Below are positions 1 through 12,277 of a stretch of 64,000 nt of DNA, one piece after another. The position numbers and the translations under genes were made by a program. This DNA comes from Cyanidioschyzon merolae (Eukaryota): NCBI GenBank assembly GCA_000091205.1, contig AP006485.2. The stretch is one strand, 5' to 3'. The first letter of the stretch is position 1. The number at the start of each line of letters is the position of its first letter. Below the pieces are notes generated by a model. The model did not search any database, was not told the origin of the DNA, and worked only from the letters and a program-made list of their open reading frames with translations.

Positions 1-2113
1 CCTGGCTCGAGTCCAATGTCGTCGAGCGTTCGCTCCAGAGAAAGTCGTGTCTGTTGAATTTGTTCCATGACGCGTTCGGAGAGTGCATTCTGTGCGAGGA
101 ACGCAGCCAACGCCCCTTTCCCCGCAGAGGCCGCCTGTGCGCACAGCGTCTGCCACTGCTGCCAAACGTAAACCGCACTTGCTATATCGCTATCGAATGA
201 GCTGTAGGCCTCTAAGCGATGCCTCTGGATGAGACTTGAGCCACCGCCAGTGATGCGCGCAAAAGGTGAACCTTCGATCAGAACCGCTGCAGCAGTGAGA
301 CTCCAGGACAAACAGCCAAATATGGCTCCGTAGAGGAGCAACTTGCCCACAGTCGGATCCAACGGCAGTGCGGAGAGGATGCACCCCAGGGGCGTGCATT
401 CCAGATCCTTCAGCGACGACGACAACGACGACAACGACCAGAGTTCCGCGCTAGGACCCGTTTCCCCGTTCAGCGTTCGAGGCAAGTGCTGCGTTGCACT
501 CGATGCTCCCGCGGGGACGTCTCCCGAGGCCTCATCGTGGACGACGACTGCGTCGCGCCTCGTCTTTTGCGCAGCAACCTTGATGCCGTTCGCCGTCCAT
601 GCAAGCCCAGATGCGGCAAGCATATCACCTGACGATAACTGCAGAGCGCCCATTTGCCACAGTCGCACGATTGCTGCCTCTGTGTGTGCCTGCGGTGGTG
701 CCGTCATCATCTCGCGTTGCAGCAGCTGCACAACCTGCTCGAGGCTGTGACGCGCTCCACGCTCTGCAGTCGACCAGCCGAGCAGCCAGAGGATCCAGCG
801 CTCCAGCGGCGTGCGTACCAGTTCAGGTTCAGTGTCCTCTGGGAGATGCTTCAACCAGAAGGGATCACGTGGTATCAGTCGCCAGCAGATACCGGCGGTT
901 ACACGGCCAGCTCGTCCAGCCCGCTGTGCCGCAGACGCTTTGGAGCACCAGGACTCGCGCAACTGGAGCGCACCCCGGGTAGCGGGTTGCATCTGCAGAC
1001 TCCGCACTCGACACGTGTCGATGACTGCAACAACATCCGGAACGGTAATGCTCGACTCGGCAACATTGGTTGCACATATGACTTTGCGTTGCTGTAGCGG
1101 ATCCGGTGCTTCCGCGAAGACACGTTCCTGTTCGACGGCGGTTTGATTGGCGTGCAGCGGCAACGCCCAAAACGATGCTACTCCTCGGGCTTGAAAAGTG
1201 CTCGACAGCTCAGCGTCTGGGCGATGCGCGCTGCTACGACCTCCCAGTCGATGCAGTCGCCGACACAGCTGTTCGGTTTCCACGACGCCCGGCAAGAACA
1301 CCAGAATAGCTCCGCGTTTCCCGGATCCACAGCGTGCTTCCTGAGCGCTCAGCTCCTCGTCTAAGCGTCGTACTACGAACTCGACTAGGGCCAGGGATGC
1401 TCCTTTGACGCTGCTGAACCCCAGCGGTGTCCATTGTTGGGCGTCGGACGCAGCGCAGGACTCCTCGTCTGCGGGGTCGACGTTTTCGCCCCAGGTACCA
1501 GCAGCAGTGCTTCCCGACGCTTGGCGTTCCGCACTACGCTCTGGATGCCGTCCAAACACGTCCGCAGCGTTGTTACTGGCAGCGTTCGCAGTTTCTTCGA
1601 GCTGAAGCGCATCGAGCATGGGCGAGAGCTTCGTTTCCGTATTAGCGCCGGCATCAAGTGCAAGATCCATCTCTGGCGTTCTCTGGGCGCTCGCTGCTGT
1701 CGCTTCCAAACATCGTATCTGCTCCAGCGAGCGGGCATCGGTCGCTGCTAGCTGCTTCATGGACAATGGCTTGGTATGAGCGGCACCAGCACGACCTGCC
1801 CGATGATCAGCATCATCCGTAGGGTGCTGGTGAGCGCACCGCTTTGCCAGCTGGAACGCTTGCCAGGAGGCGGCATCCTTCGCTCCCGTGTCGAGCTCAT
1901 GGTGCTCGTCCTGTTCACAGAGCGACACGACTTGCGCATCATCACAGACGTGAAGTATTGGATGAGCAATGGTGGTAGCGGAGCGTTCTACGGAAGCGGT
2001 ACCATGCGCGCTACCGTTCCGCCAACTGGGTAGATCCTCAAGCCAACGAATCATCACCGGAAACGTGCGACCAGGTATCTGAAGGACTCGAAGAGTGCGT
2101 GGTGTTGACGCAT

Positions 2114-2144
<31 letters not shown>

Positions 2145-4800
2145 CCCCAGATAGCGCTCCAAAGACGCAGCGTTTGCAGTTGCACTCATGAATACGACTT
2201 GGAGATCAGATCGTGAAGCCAGCAACCTCCGAACACAGCACAGCAGCATGTCCATCTCCGCACTACGTTCGTGAACCTCATCCAAAATTAAATGCGAAAT
2301 ATTCGTTAAACTGGGGTCCTGCTGCAGCATCCGCAGCACGATACCGGTCGTGCAGAACGCCAGACGCGTGTGCGGTGAGATTCGGCCCTGCAGACGGACT
2401 TGATAGCCGACAAGTCCAGCTTCGTGTGCGTTGTCGTCAGTTCTTGTGCGCTGTCTTTGCGGTGTTTCCGAGTCGGCGGTTAGGCGTTCACCGCGCTCAT
2501 CAGCGACTCGTTTGGCAACGGTGATCGCCGCAATCCTCCTCGGTTGGGTCACTAGAATGCGTGTTTGCGAGGCTCGGCCCTGCAACAGTGCATTCTCAAG
2601 GATCATTGCGGGGCATTGGGTTGTTTTTCCCGATCCCGTCTCCGCTTGAATGAGAACGGGATTTGTTCCCGCAGCCAGCAAAGACAAGAATGCCTGCTGG
2701 TATTGACGAGCGGGTAAGCGGGTCAGTGCTGGTGGCGAATGCCGGCGCTCTATACGCTCTAAGCGTTCACGTTCTCGCTGCTGCAACTCGCGGTCTAGAG
2801 CGGGATCCGGTTCAATGCCTGCGCTGGAGAAGCTGCTCGAAGGCCCAGCCTTTCGAGAGCTGCTCTTTCGAGCAGTCAAGCTCCTGGAAGCGCCAGCAGG
2901 GCCAGGGCGAAGATGCGTCGGCCTCGAGTCTGGGTCAAATGCACGGCATGATGGGAGCGTAGGTGTCGCTCCTTGCTTGCTTTGCCATTCTGTTAGCCAA
3001 TCGTAAATGGTTGGTGCAAGTACGGCTCCTCTGGCCGGTACACACTCAGGTGCTTGGCGACTACGATCCATCGCCAACAGCACCGCTCCATGGAGAGAAC
3101 GAAGCCAGGCCCGCCGCACGCGTCGAGGCGGACGCCGCGTCGCTCGAACCGTCTCCAAAGTTGTCGTCGTTGTCGTCGAGTCTTCAAACCAGAGAATCGG
3201 AAGCGTCTCTGGATAACCATAGAGATGGCCACAGAGACGGGATAGTCCCCAACGTGTCGCCGTTGGTGTCGTTGGTGCTCCCGCTCCGGTTCGTGCTGAG
3301 GGCGTATCCAGCTTGGGCGCTGTTCTGCTGAGATCCATCTGCAAGTCGATTTCGAAGCCTTCGGCATCCACGTGATCATCGATCGACGATAGCGGTTGCG
3401 GTAGACTGGACGAGGGGAGAACCTCACGAGTCCAGCGGAAAGCACGGCCGAAGCGTGCCTCCAGTTCCTGGCGTTCGAGTGCCCAGCAGCTACGGCGGAA
3501 ATCGACGGTATCCAGCCGTTGCTCTTTCTCTACTGAAGACTGCGTATCTGCAAGAGACCTGGAGCGAGGATCAAGTACATGCTCCGTTTCCTCGAAAAGC
3601 TCTGTCTCTTCAGAAAGAGGATCTCCCAACATATCCTCAGTAGCTGTCGCGTTCGCCGATGAAGCATACCTGAACATACAATCACCGCTGTCTCTGTTCC
3701 CGTTATAGAGGGTACCCTCCGAATGACGAAGAGAATTCTTATCCCCACTCAATTCTCGATGCTGGAGACGGCCAGTGCGTATCTTCGACGGCATCCGGAC
3801 CCGCTCCAGCAGAAAAGCGATGGACTCGGTCGGTGTGAAGATCAAGAGCTCTCTTATCCAGTCGTGTGCAGCGTCAAGCACTCGATCCCTGTTCGCAAGA
3901 AGAAGCCTCTCTCCTTGAGCACGATTCATCAGCGCCATGGTGTTCACGAGCCATTCGAGCGCCCTTAGACGCTCGCTCTCGCTGTACGCACCCGAGTTGC
4001 TCTTCGCAATACCAGCGCCTTTTTGAGTTGCGCCAGGCGTGCGCACCGTTGAGCAGGCCGGAGACGGGTCCAGGGACGCTTTCGGATCTACAGCCTTTGC
4101 ACGGTTGTTTGCAGCTTCCAGTGCTTGTTTTGCATGCTCAGCACGAAAGGCGACAACCTCCGTGGCCTGCTCTGGTCTAAACGAGGGCGGCAATTCATCC
4201 TCATCGAGATGAAGACATAACCAGTCGAGCGCCTGGGATCGCTGCTGCTCAGCAGAGCGCATCCCAGAGCCTGCAGGTTCCACGACACATCGTGCGGCTG
4301 CTTCCGCCGCTGCCTCAGCATCAAACCCGAGCTCCCGGAGCTGTTGCCAGAGCCAGTGCTGCTCCGCGCCTAGTGCCCGTGATGCCTGCATCCACATGCT
4401 CTCGAGAGACGCCGACGCATCGAGTTCAAGGAGACAAACAAGCGCTTCCTCGACAGCAGCCCGCGTTCTATCTTCCAGTCGCAGTGGGACTAGGAGCTGC
4501 TGCTCTCGATACGCTTTTTTGGCTTCCGCTCGTGCTCTTGCTCGAGCGTTCGCGGCTTCTGCTGCTTGTGCGGCAATCTGCTTTTCTTTAGCCTCGTGAG
4601 CAGCCACGAAGCGAGCCCAGAATGGCCGCAGGGACGGTTCTAAGCGCAAGGCATGGTTGCGCTGACGATCGACTGAAGCCAGCACCCACAAGGCAGCCAG
4701 CTTCGCTGCTTTTTCGTCTGTATCCACCATGTGGGCGTCTGCAGGTGATAAGGCCTCCCCATTCCAACTATAGACAGATGCTACTTGGTGATATGAACCC

Positions 4801-4833
<33 letters not shown>

Positions 4834-5345
4834 GAATGATGGCCCTTTCCGAGTCGTATGAGCCACCCGCTGGAAGGTTGCTTGGCGAGTCGCGGTTGAC
4901 CTCGCAGTCCCGCCCGCTGCATCCACTCCTGCAGCAGCAGTTGAGGCGTCGCACCAACCCAGGTCCGCTTCGTGATCGTTTGCTCTTCATTTGTTGAAGC
5001 AGGCGAGCCCTGCGCCCTTCCTTGACCCAGAGACGCTGCCGAGAACGCTGCGCTAGACTGTGTCCGGCAGACACTCGCACCCATTTCAGTGCTGGTCGAG
5101 TCCGCGTCCAGGCGCTGAGCACGTAAACGCCGTGCGGCAGCTTTTCGCTCCTTGTACGCCTGAACGGGGTCCAAGTTGGTTTCCGTGGTTGTGAGGCCAG
5201 CTCCTAAGCCCGCTGCAGGGCCCGCACTAGACGCCACATCGCCCGTGCTTCGAACAACGCCACCAGCTCGTGTGGAGAGTGACGAGACCACTGCACCGCC
5301 GGGTCCGACTCGAGTACGTCGTCGATGACGCCCTGAGCCACCCAT
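1..5345 (-). CDS. DEAH-box (DExH) RNA helicase, DHX29/DHX57-like; the C-terminal end of the gene runs off the window start
   Basis: Hand-translated on the minus strand; it is not in the supplied ORF track. The ATG is at about 5345 with an in-frame TGA immediately upstream. N-terminal motifs are TPQLLLQEWMQRAG (~4950), ALDWLCLHLDEDELPPSF (~4230) and LRELGFD. The helicase core reads GETGSGKTTQ (~2640), TQPRRIAAIT, LILDEVHERS (~2290), FMSATANAA (~2200), IPGRTFPV (~2070), ILVFLPG (~1310), ICATNVAESSITVPDVVAVID, QRAGRAGR, followed by an HA2-like VRTPLE...LPLDPTVGKLLLYGAIFGCL. Poly-Q and poly-Ala inserts are present. The frame is continuous by my reading except for uncertainty at 2040-2100. Confidence 0.6.
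2117..2143. repeat. (CAG)9 microsatellite, encoding poly-Ala on the minus-strand helicase frame
   Basis: Direct run cagcagcag... seen in the sequence. Confidence 0.8.
4802..4832. repeat. (CTG)10 microsatellite, encoding poly-Q in the helicase N-terminal region
   Basis: Direct run gctgctgct... seen in the sequence. Confidence 0.8.
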
Positions 5346-6115
5346 TGTTCAGTCAGTGTGCCCGAGTTGCACCTCCTCGATCGACTGTGCGCTGCTGGAG
5401 CGCTGTGCTCGCAACACTGCCTCCCGGACCTGCGTTTCTTGAACAGAATGGACAGTGCGTTCAGTGGAACAGGATGAAAAGCGAGACAATCTGTTCGCTA
5501 ATTCGTATCCGGTACCTGCAAAAGTTCTGATCGTGCTTATTGCCCCGCATCCGGCAACGAAAACGCTCGACTCATGAGACTCTCACACTGACCCTGGAGA
5601 CGCTGGTGTTGGCGTCGGCGTCGCGGTTGGCTTCAGAGGACTGGCGAGCCGCTGGCACTTTCGCGCCTGCTACGTCTCTGGTCTGGTGATAATCCTCATC
5701 AGACCTGGGTGTGTAGGTACTTGGGTGACGCTCTTCGTGAAGACGACGAAACTGATTCATGTTCAGTGCTCAGGGTGCTGTGGAGCTAGGTCGACTGGAT
5801 CGTGAATCCAGGCGCGACTTGTCGGCACACCGCTGCCCGCCACGCGTACCTGGAACGCTTCTGAAAGCTTCGAAACGGCGAAGAGCCGCGCAGTTGACGC
5901 TTGAGCGGCTTCCCTGCATAGTTCTCCGTACGTCTGAGGAAGAAAATGGACAAGGTGCAGGACCAGTGCGCCTGGAACAAGGCGCAACAGGCGAGAATGC
6001 ACGTCCTGGTCATCTGCCAGCGATGCCGGCTCAGAAACGTGCCGTTTCGCCTCAGTCGCGCCGCTCCAACGGTGAGCAACCTGCCCCGCGAACTGACAAA
6101 CATCCCAGGGCTTCT

Positions 6116-6556
6116 ATGTTGGACTATCGGACGCGTTTGGACTTGCGTCAGTTTCAGCTGCGGTTCCAGATCTTTGTGGAAGACATCGTCGCCTTCCCGT
6201 TGACCTGGTACAACATGCTTCGTAATCGCAAGTCCGAGTTTGCGAAGCTACCTCGAAATCCGACGACGGCGCCACCCGAGTTAGACTGCCGTGGCTGTCA
6301 CGGGCTCGGATTCGAGACTTGTCGTTACTGCGAAGGCGTTGGGCATCGGTATTTTTGGGGTAGTTCTCGTCGCCAAGAGTACGATCGTATGCGTCGGGCG
6401 GGAGAAGCGCGTCACTGGCGGACGATTGTATACGGACTCTTTCATATCGAGCGACGTGAAGTGCGATGTCGGCATTGTCGAGGCTTCGGTTGGGTTTCGT
6501 GTCGAGTTTGTCATGGGCATCAGCTTCCCAAGGAATGGGAGACGATGTATAGGTGA
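6116..6556 (+). CDS. small DnaJ-type zinc-finger protein with four CxxCxGxG motifs
   Basis: Track ORF 5759..6556. The C-terminal part reads CRGCHGLG, CRYCEGVG, CRHCRGFG, CRVCHGHQ, i.e. the DnaJ cysteine-rich-domain pattern. The N-terminal 119 aa of the track ORF look non-coding (Arg/Pro-rich), so the start is placed at the internal ATG 6116 (MLDYRTR...). An alternative ATG lies at 6023. Confidence 0.4.
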   Translation: MLDYRTRLDLRQFQLRFQIFVEDIVAFPLTWYNMLRNRKSEFAKLPRNPTTAPPELDCRGCHGLGFETCRYCEGVGHRYFWGSSRRQEYDRMRRAGEARHWRTIVYGLFHIERREVRCRHCRGFGWVSCRVCHGHQLPKEWETMYR

Positions 6557-8902
6557 GGGGTCGGCACGAGCTCTCCAGGTTCTGCGACTCGGGTGCGGGA
6601 GGTCGTCACAGGTGCAGCCGCTTTGCGCCCACGTAGCGCTCTGCTGCAAAGTTTCTATGCATCTGGGCGAAGCGACGCATTTATAAAGCCGTTCACGCAA
6701 GCCGAAGCAAATAACAAGTTCGTCAGCAGAACAAGTGAGATCAACGCCTCGTCGATTCCTCTACCGCTACTGCTGTTACTGCAACATGCATGGCAATTGC
6801 TATGATAGGTGCTATGATGACAGCGATGTCAGAACAGAATAGAACTACTTCTCCAAGTTGGATGTATAATCTAAAGTGTGGGTGCCTTCCCAATGCCATC
6901 AATGGAAGCGTTTGTGTGATTTTTATGCGACTACTTCTTTTTTTGCTCAGTGTTCTCTGGCTTTGAATACGCCGGTCTCTCCTTTCCATCCAGTTCTGTT
7001 GTCAGTGGTCCAGGAATATTGACGAGAGCGTCTTAGTTCCGATTTCCGAGTTTTCGGTCGCTGTCGACGCTTTTCATGCACAGACGGAAGTTGCGATCTA
7101 TGCTTCCCGTGCGATGTTCGCATTCAATGTAGACAGCTTCGGAGGGCATTTCGCAGCAGCGAAACTAGATTATGACCAGGTGTGCTCGTGTGTCCAACAC
7201 ACATTCTCTAGCGAGCGCCTTCTCGTCATGCTTGAAGGCTCGCCTCATCGCTCAGTACACGCTTTTGACCAGTACAGAAGACGCCTCTCAATACCGTCGT
7301 AAACTTGCGCTTCCGATGCCCGTACCTTTCGAGTATGTGCCTCCTATTGGCCATCCCTTCGTCGAGTGCTCTGTCCGCTGGACATGCAAGCGCACGCAGT
7401 ACCGGTCGATGTAGGATTTGTGGCACGTGATGTTGTCCAGGATGGAAAAAAGTATAGGTAGTGTAATCCAGGTCAGAGAAGCCGTTGGGAGATTTCCACC
7501 CGTTTTTCGTTTGAACTGGTGACGTATTCTCCACTTGAAGTGATCACAGCGACGACGCAAGTCGATCTCGGAATCCAAGGCCTCTTTCCGTACCAGCAAA
7601 ACAAAAACGGGGAGTCCCTGACAGCATTCCCTGGGAAAGCGATCATGCTGCTATCGAATATTGTTGAATTGATTGGACCGAGTAGACCAGAATTCGTGTT
7701 TGGAACGGAATCGATTTTTGAGCATGACAAGTTTAGTGAAATTCCGGGATAAGCTTGTAAACAAGTCGTCCGGGGTGAAGTCGAGTCTTCTTCCTGATCA
7801 GTGCGGCTGTGCGTGTTGCTGCGCGACTAGCTCCATTGAAACAGAAACATAGAAGACTTCAAGAGCATGTGATTTAAGCACGCTACACGTAAAGCGGATA
7901 GAAGCGTAGAGGCTCGTACGTAGGAATTGGTGAATGATATCGGTTACGAGAGGAATTCTTGTTTGACGGCGTCGGGAATCATCTTTATCCCGATGGCGTG
8001 ACGGATTGTAGCAGCAAAGCATCATCGCAACCACGCCGAAAGCTCAACCAAGCATCACGAGACTAGCTATGAATTCGTTGCCCACGACTATTGAAATTTG
8101 AGTGCTGGGCTTCCACATCTGCAAAACTTCCAACAAAAATCCCAAGGCATGTCCAGTGCAAACAGCGCACAGTTCAATTTTCATCTGCCAAGAGCACAGT
8201 GCTTCGTTTACTGCAACTGCTATTGCTACTGTTACGATCAGATTAACTAGACCGCATGCGTCATATTAGTGTCGCGGCATTACACCTGATGCATATTCAA
8301 CGGATATCGCATGCGGCATTGGGGAGGCTTGCTCTCCTCTAGGCAGTCTCACTTGGATCCTGAGCGCGAGAACACATCCCAGGCAGCCATGATAAGCGGC
8401 CCTGAACCACGCAGGCGATACCGCCTCGACAGCTCCAACATCAGTTGAAGCGTTTTTCGCATCAAGCGGTAAGGGGAAAGGTTTCGGCCGGTTCCAGAGC
8501 TGGGCAGCTGCGCAGGTGGATTCTGGAAGTTTCCAATACATACGACCATGCTTTCGTCAATCTACGGGCTATGGGGATCGCACGTGCACGGCTCATCGCC
8601 AGCTGGAAAACGACGCTTCATGAGGTAGTCCACAGCAATCATGAATGCGCTGGCGTTTGGATGGATTCATTGCGAGTTCAAGCAGCGACACAAGGAAAGC
8701 ACTCTCGACGACGACGACGACGACGACAACAACAACAACAACGAGCGATCGCCACAACAGGAACCGTGCGAGGTCGAGTGCAATGCTCACAGCCAGTACC
8801 GTTCTGCACTCGTTGCCGGGCGGGTAGAGCGATTCTGTGCAGCTGAGAAGGATTGCCTCTCTTCGCGAGTTCGAGTGCTTTTTGCAGTGCAGCACAAGAG
8901 CA

Positions 8903-10411
8903 TCAGGTTGAGTTGGGCGTCACCACTTTTCGACGAAAACGCGGCACGTAGCGAGTGTCCGTATACTCTTCCAGGAATTCGCCATGAAGCATCTCCTCTG
9001 TATAGTTGCATTTGAGGTACACGAAAACTTCCAGAATAAAATTCGGGTCCGCGAGGGCGCGAACCAAAGTGCGTTCCCGATGATAGTTCTCGCCGACATT
9101 TTCCAAGACGTCGAGCATGGCGAGCTCCTCATCATCGACTCGATAGACTTCGCCTCGGACGTGCTTGCCAACTCCGGTTCGGTTCAAAAGAAACGGTGTG
9201 AAATGCGGACCTCCGATAATCAGTGGATATCGCTCTATGGTTACGTAGCATCCCTCAAAAATGGCGTGATGGAGCAGCGGATGATTCGGATATCCCCGCT
9301 TCAGCGTGCCGTAGACAAAGACCCAGTGAGGGCGATGCTTGATCGGTTCGTGCGATCCCATGGATCGAGCTGCAAGCCACCGCTGAAGATTACTCATGTT
9401 CAGTGAAGCCGGTGAAGCGGTCGTTGAGGACATCGCAGCAGCAGAATCAGCAGCTGTTGTTGCCGATGCAACCTGCTCTACACTGTCTAGCTCGTGCCAC
9501 AATGGAGACGTCTGATGAGGGTCCGAGTGCTCCCGTCGAAAGAGGCTCGGCTCGCTGCGGATCGGATACAGACTTGCACGAAAGGACCCCGCCACTGAAC
9601 CTTGCGTCGGAGATATGCAGATACCCTCACGCTCCTCGTTCTCCTCAGCCAAGCTACATCTTGAGCTCGGCGCATGCGAGTGTTCGGAGTATGCAGGAGA
9701 GCTAGTACCGACAGCGCCTGCAGCCTGTGCTCTACCGCCGTAACCAGCATGACCTCCTCTGACGGAGTTCTCCTCAGAGTCGGCACTGCTCCCCTGGTAC
9801 AGCTGCTTGCGACGTTGACGGCTCGCTTGGTAATAGGTGCCGCGGAGCGAGCCACCGATGCCAAGGTCAGAGTCGAGGTCAGCCAGCAGGTGTCGTGTAT
9901 GTGGGTTGCTGCGAGCCATATCCGGATGGGTGCGCCCCGGAGCCCGCACCGGACCTGTGGGCGGTGCTGGATACTTGAGCTCGTAGGGGCCCTCGAACAG
10001 AACGTCATACCACTGACGCAGCTCTTTGCGATGCTCAGTCCGTTCCTCGTCGAGTACGTCTTCGACAGTTAGAGGAGTACCTGGTCCCTGGGACGTAGCA
10101 TTTTCCCTTGCGGCTCCGGGTTGCGGGCACCGAGCAGCCTTATCTGACTGAACTACTGCTGTACAGGGAACAGCAAGGGCGCTCGCTACGCTTTCGGCCT
10201 CAGGTTCTGGTGCAGTCTCTTCTGCAGTCGCAGCAGCAGTGGCAGCAACTGCCGATACTGGTGTGCGCTCCTCGCTGTGTTCCAGCGAATTGGGCTTCAG
10301 AACGTCTTGCTCCTCGTTGAGGCCAAGTTGTTTGAACCGCCGGTACCAGTCGGCACCGTGAACTTTCTCGCCGTCTGATTGACGACTGGCACGAAAAGCA
10401 CCCGGTGACAT
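8903..10411 (-). CDS. AIG2-like / gamma-glutamylcyclotransferase-fold protein with a long low-complexity N-terminal region
   Basis: Track ORF of 502 aa. The C-terminal 150 aa contain HWVFVYGTLKRGYPNH...EGCYVT...GEVYRVDDEELAMLDVLE, the YGSL/TLKxG + E signature of the GGCT/AIG2 family. The N-terminal ~340 aa are Ala/Ser/Glu-rich, so the true start is uncertain. Confidence 0.5.
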   Translation of the reverse strand: MSPGAFRASRQSDGEKVHGADWYRRFKQLGLNEEQDVLKPNSLEHSEERTPVSAVAATAAATAEETAPEPEAESVASALAVPCTAVVQSDKAARCPQPGAARENATSQGPGTPLTVEDVLDEERTEHRKELRQWYDVLFEGPYELKYPAPPTGPVRAPGRTHPDMARSNPHTRHLLADLDSDLGIGGSLRGTYYQASRQRRKQLYQGSSADSEENSVRGGHAGYGGRAQAAGAVGTSSPAYSEHSHAPSSRCSLAEENEEREGICISPTQGSVAGSFRASLYPIRSEPSLFRREHSDPHQTSPLWHELDSVEQVASATTAADSAAAMSSTTASPASLNMSNLQRWLAARSMGSHEPIKHRPHWVFVYGTLKRGYPNHPLLHHAIFEGCYVTIERYPLIIGGPHFTPFLLNRTGVGKHVRGEVYRVDDEELAMLDVLENVGENYHRERTLVRALADPNFILEVFVYLKCNYTEEMLHGEFLEEYTDTRYVPRFRRKVVTPNST

Positions 10412-11420
10412 GAGCTGTTGACCCGTCCCCTACCCGAGAAAAGCCTCTGGGCGCTAATGCACTAGTCCGAGCAGCTCCAGCGTTGCGTCGCCCGTGTCGT
10501 TGCCCAGTTCGTTGAAGCCAACAGACCTGTTGCGGGCGTTCCAGCGATGATTGCATGGTGTCCATCGGTGGCGTTCGTAGCACTCACGGTTGACGTTCGC
10601 ACAGAGCGGGAAGGTAAAGCCGCTCTGGGTCGATACGGCATCCGAAGTGGTGCTGTAGGCGGTATTGTGGAAGCTGGCGGTAGGATGGACACGTGACCGG
10701 TCGTATGACCGAGCCATGAACTTCGACGGCAAGTAGGTGCAGTGGCTGGTAGAACTGAGGAGGTATGTTGCGTCACGACGTTCGCTTTATCTGATGCTGG
10801 CAGGAATCACGCCGTTCGGGATCCCTGGTCTGTATACTCGTTGCGTCGATAAGAAAAACGGTGTTTCTAGAGTGCAACGCCGACACGTCCGGGAGCTTGC
10901 TTGCGCGACAGCGCACGATACAGGGCAACTCGTAGGCCAAACGAGTCTTCTCGATAGATAGGCAGTAGACTGCTCTGGGCGGTACCATGCAGACACCCAC
11001 GTATTTCGCGAACTGGCGAGAGCTCGAATACAGCACACGTCGAAGCTCTTCTACGAAAGCGACGTTCCCCGTAATTCCGAGTATCGCTCTTTACTGAACA
11101 AAGCACCTCTTTGACATTCTTGCTGGCGTCCTACGTAGAAAATGACAATTTCGTTGCGTCCATGGTGGTGTCAGCACATGCTTTGACGCTCTATTCGGAA
11201 GACAGAGCTCTAATCGACCTCACACGCTGTCGTTTCAAGCACGGAGCATGAGCGTCTCGACGCAAGGCGCTCCTAGTGCCGTGTGTGCAGCACAATGCAC
11301 CACGAGAAGCGCACGGTGCTATGTATGGACGGCGCACGTGCGGAGCATCCAGAGCGCTGTGGCTACCCGGCGATGCACCAGAGTCTCGCTACCTCTCCAT
11401 ATATTGCGAGCAAACGCATC

Positions 11421-12130
11421 TGAGGCATTCCTTCGTACTATCGTTCATGTATATACTAAAGAATGTTTAAAATATCTATGAACATCCATGGGATACCTTC
11501 CGAGTGCCATTCTGAATGGATATGAGGCATTCCTTCGTACTATCGTTCATGTATATACTAAAGAATGTTTAAAATATCTATGAACATCCATGGGATACCT
11601 TCCGAGTGCCATTCTGAATGGATATGAGGCATTCCTTCGTACTATCGTTCATGTATATACTAAAGAATGTTTAAAATATCTATGAACATCCATGGGATAC
11701 CCTCCAAATGCCATTCTGAATGGATATGAGGCATTCCTTCGTACTATCGTTCATGTATATACTGTAGAAAATGTTTAAAATATCTATGAACATCTATGGG
11801 ATACCCTCCGAGTGCGATTCTGAATGGATATGAGGCATTCCTTCGTACTATCGTTCATGTATATACTAAAGAATGTTTAAAATATCTATGAACATCTATG
11901 GGATACCCTCCGAGTGCCATTCTGAATGGATATGAGGCATTCCTTCGTACTATCGTTCATGTATATACTAAAGAATGTTTAAAATATCTATGAACATCCA
12001 TGGGATACCCTCCGAGTGCCATTCTGAATGGATATGAGGCATTCCTTCGTACTATCGTTCATGTGCATACTGTAGAAAATGTTTAAAATATCTATGAACA
12101 TCTATGGGATACCCTCCGAGTGCCATGCTG
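11421..12130. repeat. AT-rich minisatellite, ~102-bp unit x7 (units at 11421, 11523, 11625, 11727, 11831, 11933, 12035)
   Basis: The unit tgaggcattccttcgtactatcgttcatgtatatactaaagaatgtttaaaatatctatgaacatccatgggatacc(t/c)tccgagtgccattctgaatggata repeats near-perfectly. Two units carry a tgtagaaaatg insertion variant. Confidence 0.85.
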
Positions 12131-12277
12131 CCAACCTGCTGGTCAAGCGCAAGACGATCGCATCCACGCTCTAGTCGCAGTGCCGATCCGACGCTAGACA
12201 AGCAGCACGGTTTTTGTTGCTCGCAAGGAGCGAGCAGAAGCATTGATTCAGTTGGGGGATAGCTCTGGCGTCTGGAA

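Noticed and set aside
2040-2101. Apparent pair of compensating +1/-1 frameshifts flanking the conserved IPGRTFPV helicase motif
   Set aside because: Both shifts fall exactly at 60-nt line boundaries of the printed sequence. I also found that my per-base reading disagrees with the ORF track by one nucleotide at another line boundary (1560/1561). The shifts are therefore most likely reading artefacts, not biology.
5759-6115. N-terminal 119 aa of the 265-aa ORF as part of the zinc-finger protein
   Set aside because: The composition (Arg/Pro/Ala-rich, no motifs) looks like 5' UTR read-through, so an internal Met start is preferred. This remains uncertain.
11421-12130. Possible CRISPR array (regular direct repeats)
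   Set aside because: This is eukaryotic context, and the units are full 102-bp near-identical copies with no unique spacers, so it is a minisatellite.
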